The notes under the pieces are model-generated. The model did no database searches, was not told the origin of the DNA, and saw nothing but the letters and a program-made list of their open reading frames with translations. A stretch of DNA of 24,000 nt from an uncultured Solirubrobacterales bacterium (GTDB taxonomy: Bacteria; Actinomycetota; Thermoleophilia; Solirubrobacterales; 70-9). Numbering within the stretch: the first letter of the stretch is position 1; every line of letters begins with the position of its first letter. Below are positions 1 through 5,881 of this stretch, one piece after another. Both the position numbers and the translations under genes were made by a program. The stretch is from NCBI GenBank assembly GCA_963709375.1, contig CAVPWA010000009.1, forward strand, positions 35,980-59,979. The letters are read 5' to 3'.

Positions 1-293
1 GAGATAGCCCCGTTGCTGAAGTCCTTCAACTCGCTCAGTGCCAGCGCGATCGAGCCAAGGAAAACCGACGGGTCGTTGTGTCGCCGGTCGCAGTTGACCC
101 AGACGAACGGACGGTGGTCGACATCTGCCCAGCTCTTGAGTGTCGTGGTCTTGGAATAGCCGGCTGGAGCGCACAGCACCACCAGCTCGGCCGGTGGCGA
201 CAGGAGCAGTTGGTCGGTGAGCCGGGCTCGGACGATCGGGGTGGTCGAAATGATCTCTCGCGGTGGGTCGACGCCGCCCTCTCCTTCCGGCAT
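1..293 (-). CDS. 5' end (N-terminal ~97 aa) of a large MalT/LuxR-type ATPase transcriptional regulator; the gene continues beyond the window start
   Basis: Reverse translation from ATG (293-291) gives MPEGEGGVDPPREIISTTPIVRARLTDQLLLSPPAELVVLCAPAGYSKTTTLKSWADVDHRPFVWVNCDRRHNDPSVFLGSIALALSEL. This follows the canonical N-terminal layout of MalT-like LuxR regulators: R.RL, then a P-loop APAGyGKTTL, then W...vaWvs.D..dnDP..F. It is missing from the ORF track because it runs off the window. The listed + strand ORF 78-302 is its antisense shadow. Confidence 0.6.
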   Translation of the reverse strand, partial: MPEGEGGVDPPREIISTTPIVRARLTDQLLLSPPAELVVLCAPAGYSKTTTLKSWADVDHRPFVWVNCDRRHNDPSVFLGSIALALSELKDFSNGAI

Positions 294-537
294 CCCCGCT
301 AACCCTTGCTTGGTTTCGGCCACCGCAGGAGTCTATTCGGCGGCGCCCCTCAGCCGGTAGAGGTCTGAGGAGGCACACTCGATGCCGATTACGCGGCTCA
401 TCCGATTGGGGTTAAGCCGCCATTCGTAGCGGGGCTATATTCGCAACCGGGCCAATCAGGTCCCAAGCCAACACAGTCGACTCCAACGAAGTCGACGGCC
501 GGGCGTCTGGGCCCGGCTCAATCAGGAAGGTGTCAAA

Positions 538-921
538 ATGAGGGGTGCTGGAAGAGTCGTTTTCGCCGGGATCATGCTGCTGATCATCGGAGTGCTGAAC
601 ATCATCTATGGCATCGGAGCGTTGGACAACGCGAATGTCTTCGTCAACGATACGAGGCTGGTCTTCAGTGACCTGAACACTCTCGGATGGGTCCTGATAA
701 TCATCGGTGTATTCCAGCTCACGGGCGGCTTCTCGCTTCTGGCGGGCAACGCCTACGGCAGGATCATCGGAGTGATCGCAGGCAGCATCGGGGCCGTCAT
801 GTCGCTGATCTCGGTCGCCGGGGCATTCCCCTGGTGGTCGCTCGGAGTCTTCTTCCTCTGCTGCTGGATCGTCTGGGGAATCCTGGTCTTCGACGAGGAC
901 CAGGTCGACGCCGGCGTCTGA
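538..921 (+). CDS. Small integral membrane protein with 4 predicted TM helices (HdeD/DUF308- or DUF7144-like), function unknown
   Basis: 127-aa ORF. AGGAAGG Shine-Dalgarno at 524-530, 7 nt before the ATG. Four hydrophobic stretches (VFAGIMLLIIGVLNIIYGIGAL, LGWVLIIIGVFQLTGGFSLLA, IIGVIAGSIGAVMSLISVAG, WWSLGVFFLCCWIVWGILVF) and an acidic C-terminus. Confidence 0.8.
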   Translation: MRGAGRVVFAGIMLLIIGVLNIIYGIGALDNANVFVNDTRLVFSDLNTLGWVLIIIGVFQLTGGFSLLAGNAYGRIIGVIAGSIGAVMSLISVAGAFPWWSLGVFFLCCWIVWGILVFDEDQVDAGV

Positions 922-1105
922 CCGGGCTGAACTGTCGCCTGGCACCCGCACAGTCGCGGTGCCGATGGCGATTCGGGTCCGGCGCCGTCGAGGCGCAATC
1001 TCCCCGGACCCCAAACGGAGGGCCCGCCTCGAAGGCGGACCTTCTGTCGTTCCGGTTCAGTGTTTTGCCGAAACCGGGGTCCGTCCGCGGCCGTAGGCTT
1101 GATGC

Positions 1106-2278
1106 GTGCCTGAGCAAGACGCCCCGCCCGAGTCCCTCGCCTCTCTGGTCGCCCGATTCGATCCGGATGTGATCGAGATCCCGAGCGGTAGCGCGAGGAT
1201 CCGCCTCGGCGTGGAAGGCGAGCCCGAATGGGATGCGGTGATCACCAGCCATGGCGCGGACCTCTTCCCGGCCGGCGAGGAGGACTTCGACGCCGAGTTG
1301 ATCGCCGACGAGAAGACATGGAAGAGGATCGCCGAAGACATCGGTTTCGGTATGGCCGCATTCAGCGACAGTGCGCTCAAGGTCCGGCGCAACCTTCACC
1401 TCGGCGTCGGATTTCTCGCAGCAACCAGCGGAATCGTCGACCCCGGCCGGATGGAGTTCGGGTCGGTCGAGACCGGGCAGGGTCGGGTCTCGACCCTCTC
1501 GGCGGGCCAGGGCGAGACGGTTGTATGCATCCACGGACTCGGAGGCACCAAGGCATCCTTCCTGACTACGATCGCCGCGCTTTCCGGCAGTTACCGGGTG
1601 ATCGCGATGGACCTGCCGGGCTTCGGCGATTCAGAGAAACCCCTCGGCGCCGCCTACGACGCTCCCTACTTCGCTGAATCGGTGGTCGGGCTGCTGGACC
1701 AACTCGCGATAAAGAAAGCGCATCTGGTCGGCAACAGCATGGGGGGACGGGTTGCGATCGAGGTCGGGCTGCTGCATCCGGACCGGGTACGGAGCCTTGT
1801 TCTGCTGGCGCCGGCGTTGGCCTGGCTGCGCGACCGCCGCTGGCGCTGGCTGCTGCGCGGTCCGCTGCCGAAGCTGGGGCTGGTTCAGCCGGCTCCCAGG
1901 GTGATCACCGAACCACTCGTCCGCGGACTCGTTCCCGGAGGACGCAAGGGGTGGACGGCGGCCGGGGTGGACGAGTTCCTGCGCTCCTTCCTGACTCCGC
2001 GTGGTCGGGTCGCCTTCTACGAATCGGCCAAGAACATCTACCTCGACGAGCCCCACGGTGAAGAAGGGCTGTGGACGCGCATGGAGCGCCTCCTCCCGCC
2101 TTCGCTCTTCGTATGGGGCGAGCAGGACACGCTGGTGCCGATCGGCTTCGAGAAGCATGTGGAACGGGTTCTTCCCCAGGCTGAGCACCTCGAACTCGAC
2201 TGCGGGCACGTGCCCCAGATGGAAATGGCGGACGCGACTCACGAAGCGATGAGGGAATTTCTCGGCCGCCTAGGGTGA
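1106..2278 (+). CDS. SCP2 (sterol-carrier-like) N-terminal domain fused to an alpha/beta-fold hydrolase
   Basis: 390-aa ORF with a GTG start. The N-terminal ~105 aa has an SCP2-like pattern (ARIRLGVEGEPEWDAVI...AELIADEKTWKRIAEDIGFGMAAFSDSALKVRRNLHLGVGF). It is followed by HGLGG (oxyanion region), the nucleophile elbow GNSMGG, and a C-terminal DCGHVPQME catalytic His region. Confidence 0.85.
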   Translation: MPEQDAPPESLASLVARFDPDVIEIPSGSARIRLGVEGEPEWDAVITSHGADLFPAGEEDFDAELIADEKTWKRIAEDIGFGMAAFSDSALKVRRNLHLGVGFLAATSGIVDPGRMEFGSVETGQGRVSTLSAGQGETVVCIHGLGGTKASFLTTIAALSGSYRVIAMDLPGFGDSEKPLGAAYDAPYFAESVVGLLDQLAIKKAHLVGNSMGGRVAIEVGLLHPDRVRSLVLLAPALAWLRDRRWRWLLRGPLPKLGLVQPAPRVITEPLVRGLVPGGRKGWTAAGVDEFLRSFLTPRGRVAFYESAKNIYLDEPHGEEGLWTRMERLLPPSLFVWGEQDTLVPIGFEKHVERVLPQAEHLELDCGHVPQMEMADATHEAMREFLGRLG

Positions 2279-3525
2279 ACTGCTGGACACAGCCGGCGCA
2301 CGCGCTGATCCGCAAGCGCTGGGTGGTCGGCACAGCCAAAGACGTTCGCTCACCGGTCGGAGGCCCGCCGATCCAGCGACCCGAGGCCCACATTGACACC
2401 CCGGCCAACGGTGGTCTCTACGCCCCGACCAAGGTGCCCGACCTCGACTTCCACTGCCGCGACCTCGACGGCCCGGCAACCGTGGCAAGCTGCACTGCGA
2501 CCGTGGACGGAAACCCGGCTCTCGACGGCGCGGCCCTGCCGGACAGCCCGGGCGCCCACACCGTAATCGTGACCGCCGTCGACACCGACGGGCTCACCCG
2601 CAGCCACAGTCACACCTACACAGTCAAGACTTTCGCCGACATCTTCAACTCGGACTCCCCGATCGCCTACTACCGCCTCGGTGAGGCCGCCGGGTCTGCG
2701 GCCATGACTGATTCTTCGGGCAACCACCGGGACGGCACCTACAAGAACGACCAGGAGTCGGGCCCGGTTGGCATCTCCGGTGACGGCGACCACGCCAGGC
2801 GCTTCATCGGCTCCGGCGGTTACGGCTATGTGAACGCCGTTGCCGCGCCGCGTTTCCAGAGCACCCTGGAGGCCTGGGTCAACCCCGAAGACCACCGCGA
2901 CCAGTCGGTACTCGGTCACGGCGAAGCCGGCGAGATCTACATCGAAGGCGGCCTGATCAAGTTCCGCCATATGGGCACCACCGTCGCTGCAAGCACCGGT
3001 CCTGCGCCCGGTCGATTCACGCAGGTCGTCGCGGTCTGGGACGGAGTCACGATCTCGCTCTACGTGGACGGCAGGCTGCGCGGCCAGACGGAGGCGACCA
3101 AGCGTCCGAGTTCGATCTCTACCTTCTACGTCGGCTACGGCGAGATCAAGCCCTGGTTCAAGGGTTCGATCGACGAGGTCGCCTACTACGACCGCGCACT
3201 GACACCCGGCCGCGTGCTCGAGCACTTCCTGGCTGACCCGCCGCCGGAAGGCGACGATGCGGTCGCAAGCGGCACGAACCCCGGCGAGCCGCAGCAGGTA
3301 ACCGCCGACCCGGTGGGCGATCCCGGATCCTTCAAGTACGAGCAGAGCGGTTCGTCCGCCGGCTCGAAGCCCGATACGGCCTCCGGACCAGACCGCGCTG
3401 CGGCCCGCAAGGCCAAGACCCGCAGGGCCAAGGTCCGCCGGGCGAAAGCCCGCAAGGCCAAGGTGCGCAAGTGCCGCGCCCTCGATCGCAAGAAGGCCCG
3501 TCGGGCCTGCCTGCGCCGCATCTGA
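2275..3525 (+). CDS. LamG / concanavalin-A-like lectin domain protein with an N-terminal Ig-like segment and a polybasic Cys-bracketed C-terminal tail; the start is uncertain and no signal peptide is visible
   Basis: 416-aa ORF. LamG (Laminin_G_3-type) signatures: IAYYRLGE, DSSGNHRDGTY, LEAWVNP, ISLYVDGRL, GSIDEVAYYDRALT. The tail is AAARKAKTRRAKVRRAKARKAKVRKCRALDRKKARRACLRRI. The GTG at 2275 overlaps the hydrolase stop (GTGA). The N-terminus VNCWTQPAHALIRKRW has no hydrophobic core. Confidence 0.7.
   Translation: MNCWTQPAHALIRKRWVVGTAKDVRSPVGGPPIQRPEAHIDTPANGGLYAPTKVPDLDFHCRDLDGPATVASCTATVDGNPALDGAALPDSPGAHTVIVTAVDTDGLTRSHSHTYTVKTFADIFNSDSPIAYYRLGEAAGSAAMTDSSGNHRDGTYKNDQESGPVGISGDGDHARRFIGSGGYGYVNAVAAPRFQSTLEAWVNPEDHRDQSVLGHGEAGEIYIEGGLIKFRHMGTTVAASTGPAPGRFTQVVAVWDGVTISLYVDGRLRGQTEATKRPSSISTFYVGYGEIKPWFKGSIDEVAYYDRALTPGRVLEHFLADPPPEGDDAVASGTNPGEPQQVTADPVGDPGSFKYEQSGSSAGSKPDTASGPDRAAARKAKTRRAKVRRAKARKAKVRKCRALDRKKARRACLRRI
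3403..3462 (+). repeat. 15-nt direct repeat gcccgcaaggccaag (3403-3417 and 3448-3462), one 45-nt (15-aa) period inside the polybasic tail of the LamG protein
   Basis: Read directly. The two copies are identical and the intervening codons repeat the A-K/R pattern (ARKAKTRRAKVRRAK / ARKAKVRKCRALDRK). Confidence 0.8.
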
Positions 3526-3555
3526 GCAGTAGACACCCCGGGCAGCTCCGCCTGA

Positions 3556-3894
3556 TCGAAACCGGCGCCGGCCCAGCTTCGAGGCTGGTCGCTAGCGCGC
3601 AGGCGGGCGGCCCGTGGGTGGCCACGGACGCGCACGCGGACACTCGCTGGTCGAGTCACGCTGCGATCGCGGCCGGGTCGCCGGGAGGCCCGGCTGGTGG
3701 CGAAGGCACCTGACCTCGACGAGCTTCTCCGGCTCGGGTTCGAGCAGGTGCGGATCGCCGCTGCGACGCATCCGACCGTCTCGCAGCGCATGCTCGACCT
3801 GCTCGACGTGATCGATGGAGCGGCCACCAGGGCCGGGATCGAGAGCTCCGAGGTCGTTCGTCAGCGTCGGCTGATCGAACCGAACGCAGGGTGA
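3556..3894 (+). pseudogene. C-terminal remnant of a DUF2254-family membrane protein; only the last ~80-110 aa are present, with no N-terminal TM region
   Basis: The frame is open from the stop at 3553-3555. Translation ...GRVTLRSRPGRREARLVAKAPDLDELLRLGFEQVRIAAATHPTVSQRMLDLLDVIDGAA... aligns by eye with the C-terminus of the full-length DUF2254 gene in this window (8747-10033): GSLRLVFPTPSWEDFLSIGLDETRLFGADSIQITRRMRALLEDLLDSVP. Shared positions are P, L, G, R, A, RM and LL. The track ORF 3697-3894 (GTG start) is the best-preserved part. Confidence 0.4.
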
Positions 3895-3933
3895 GCAGGA
3901 AGCCGGCCGTGGGCGCTGGCCTCCCCGGGAGGC

Positions 3934-4167
3934 TCAGCGCCGGGGAGGAGGCGGCGCCCGACGCTCGTCGGAGGTGCCGCCGCCGGTGCGGTCGTTGCGG
4001 TTGATCATCGCCACCGTGAACGAGAGCACAAGGATCAAGGCGCCGGCGATCATCAGGATCAGGCCGACCGTGTCCATGTCGACCCCGGAAACCGTGAAGT
4101 TGGTCGCGTAGCGCAGGATCGCGCCGACCGCGATCAGGAAGATTGGTCCTCCGAAAGAGATGTACAT
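3934..4167 (-). CDS. Small 2-TM membrane protein (DUF6458-like)
   Basis: 77-aa ORF with two hydrophobic helices (PIFLIAVGAILRYA, VGLILMIAGALILVLSFTVAMI) and a basic, Pro-rich tail. It lies 21 nt downstream of the FMN-reductase gene on the same strand. Confidence 0.75.
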   Translation of the reverse strand: MYISFGGPIFLIAVGAILRYATNFTVSGVDMDTVGLILMIAGALILVLSFTVAMINRNDRTGGGTSDERRAPPPPRR

Positions 4168-4188
4168 GGCGTCAGCCTACCGTCGGGG

Positions 4189-4908
4189 TCAGCGGTACTC
4201 GGGGTTCTCGAAACCGAAGCGTTCGCCCTGGTCCCATTCGGTCCGTTGGTTGCCGCCGACCGGAAAGCCGCCGGCGTCGCGCAGCAGCCTTGCCGCATGG
4301 AGCAGGTTCCAGGTCATGAAGGTCGTATTGCGGTTGGTGAAGTCGTTGTCGGGCCCGCCCGAGCCTTCGTCCAGGTAACTCGGACCGGGTCCGGCTTCCC
4401 CGAGCCAGGCCGCGTCTGCCTGCGGCGGGATCGTGTACCCGAGGTGCTGAAGCGAGTAGAGGACGTTCATGGCGCAGTGCTTGGCGCCGTCCTCGTTGCC
4501 GGTGACCAGGCATCCGCCGACCCGGCCGTAGTAGGCGTACTGGCCGCTTTCGTTCAGTTCGCTACTGCTCCCGTAGAGCCGTTCGATCACGCGGGTGCAG
4601 ACCGAGGACTTCTCGCCGAGCCAGATCGGGGTCAGGAGCACCAGGACGTCGGCGGCCATCACCTTCTCCTGGATCGCCGGCCATTCGTCGCTTTCCGCAC
4701 CGTGTTCGCGCATGTCGGGGTAGACCCCGGCCGCGATGTCGTGGTCGACGGCCCGGATCGTCTCAACCTCGACTCCGAGCTTTTCCATGATCGCTATCGA
4801 GATGTCCGCCAGCCCCTGGGTATGCGAAAGCGCCGGTGACGGCTTCAGGGTGCAGTTGATGAAGAGGGCTTTGAGCCCCGAGAAGTCCTGATCTGTTTCG
4901 ACTGGCAT
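4189..4908 (-). CDS. Flavodoxin-like NAD(P)H-dependent FMN reductase / oxidoreductase
   Basis: The ORF is open to 4980, but the probable start is the ATG at 4908 (MPVETDQDFSGLKALFINCTLKPSP...). The family hallmark is present: INCTLKPSPALSHT, then WPAIQEKVMAADVLVLLTPIWLGEKSSVCTRVIERL, then VTGNEDGAKH. Confidence 0.85.
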   Translation of the reverse strand: MPVETDQDFSGLKALFINCTLKPSPALSHTQGLADISIAIMEKLGVEVETIRAVDHDIAAGVYPDMREHGAESDEWPAIQEKVMAADVLVLLTPIWLGEKSSVCTRVIERLYGSSSELNESGQYAYYGRVGGCLVTGNEDGAKHCAMNVLYSLQHLGYTIPPQADAAWLGEAGPGPSYLDEGSGGPDNDFTNRNTTFMTWNLLHAARLLRDAGGFPVGGNQRTEWDQGERFGFENPEYR

Positions 4909-4989
4909 GACTGCACCGTAGCCGAGCAACCGGGACGTTCGGCGCCGCTGCTGCTGCACCCCGGTGACTTGATGCGTCATGATTGACCA

Positions 4990-5685
4990 ATGGGAACCAT
5001 GCGCAGGGGAATCACGATCATGATGCTGTCTGCCGCGACGCTGACGCTCTGGGCGTCAGCGCCGGCCTTCGCAGCCGACACGATCAGGGCCGAGGTGGAC
5101 TGCTGCACCTTCGAAGCCGGGCCGTACTTCCAGGACCTGGGTGAAGTACCGACCTTCGAAAACCCGCCCATGGCCAATCCCCACAACGTGACCTCGACGG
5201 TTTCCGGCCCGGACGGAGATGCGCTCTTCCGTTCCCGGACGATCGGCGCGGCTGACTCGACTCCGGTCAAGGGCACTCAGTACCTCGGGGCCGGCACCTA
5301 CCCCTTCTTCTGCACTCTCCACGGGGCTTCGATGAGCGGCGAGCTGGTCGTACAGGGAGACAAAGGCCAGGTGGCCGCGAGACCGTCGATCAAGGTTTCG
5401 ATCCCGCGCCAGCGGCTGAAGAAAGTCCGCAAGTCACGAAAGCTGAAGGTCAAGGTCAGGGCTTCGACGCCGAGTCCGGGCATCCGTATCGCTGTCAGGC
5501 GAGGCAAGAAGCAGATCGCATCCTCTTCGAAGATCAGCCTCGGGGCGGGCGCCGCCCGTGTCCTCAAGCTCAAGCTCACCGGCAAGGGTCGCAAGGCGAT
5601 ATCGAAGGGCAGCAAGGTCGCTGTCTCGGCGACCGGCACCGTTGACTTCGGCAAGTCGTCTCGGGCGAAACGCAGCCTTCGCTGA
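4990..5685 (+). CDS. Secreted type-1 (blue) copper protein: cupredoxin domain plus a Lys/Arg-rich beta-rich C-terminal extension
   Basis: Signal peptide MGTMRRGITIMMLSAATLTLWASAPAFA|AD. T1Cu ligand pattern: His in ANPHNVTS (5182-5184), then C-x2-H-x3-M in GTYPFFCTLHGASMSG (Cys 5311, His 5320, Met 5332). C-terminal ~100 aa: KVSIPRQRLKKVRKSRKLKVKVRAS...LKLKLTGKGRKAISKGSKVAVSATG. Confidence 0.85.
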   Translation: MGTMRRGITIMMLSAATLTLWASAPAFAADTIRAEVDCCTFEAGPYFQDLGEVPTFENPPMANPHNVTSTVSGPDGDALFRSRTIGAADSTPVKGTQYLGAGTYPFFCTLHGASMSGELVVQGDKGQVAARPSIKVSIPRQRLKKVRKSRKLKVKVRASTPSPGIRIAVRRGKKQIASSSKISLGAGAARVLKLKLTGKGRKAISKGSKVAVSATGTVDFGKSSRAKRSLR

Positions 5686-5881
5686 AGTTTTCGGCGGCGG
5701 AAGCCTTCCCTTGCGGTAGATTCTGTTGAGGCGGTCACGGCGGAGGGCTGCCAGGAGCGAACTTGGGAGCGTGAATGGCCTTCAGGGTTGAGTCTGTACG
5801 TGACGGTGGCATCGGCCGTGTTTCGGTCGTCCGGCATCGGGCTGGCGCTGGCAAGCCCTTCTCCTGCTCACGCTCGCTCCG

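Noticed and set aside
78-302. 74-aa + strand ORF at the window start
   Set aside because: The opposite strand encodes a convincing MalT/LuxR N-terminus with a P-loop starting at ATG 293. The + strand product has no features.
294-537. Possible riboswitch or sRNA in the 244-nt divergent intergenic region (hairpins cctcag-N11-ctgagg at about 349-371 and gtcgac-N9-gtcgac at about 477-497)
   Set aside because: I could not match it to any known riboswitch or RNA family consensus by eye. The short stems are not distinctive. It probably holds just the divergent promoters.
412-1534. Minus-strand ORFs 412-1014 (200 aa), 753-998 and 797-1534 (245 aa), and + strand ORF 687-1172
   Set aside because: They overlap the well-supported membrane protein (538-921) and hydrolase (1106-2278) genes. 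Their sequences are R/P/D-rich with no domain signatures.
3186-3827. 213-aa minus-strand ORF and + strand ORFs 3471-3713 and 3614-3811 in the LamG 3' end and the downstream gap
   Set aside because: Their composition (R/S/A/P-rich) and lack of motifs indicate non-coding frames. The only frame there with recognisable similarity is the DUF2254-like one ending at 3894.
3919-3933. Hairpin gcctcc-ccg-ggaggc between convergent genes, and a similar hairpin cacccggccgggtg at 13115-13128 after the photolyase gene, as intrinsic terminators
   Set aside because: The stems are short (5-6 bp) with minimal loops and no following T/U tract. Structures like this occur by chance in G/C-rich DNA, so they are not reported as terminators.
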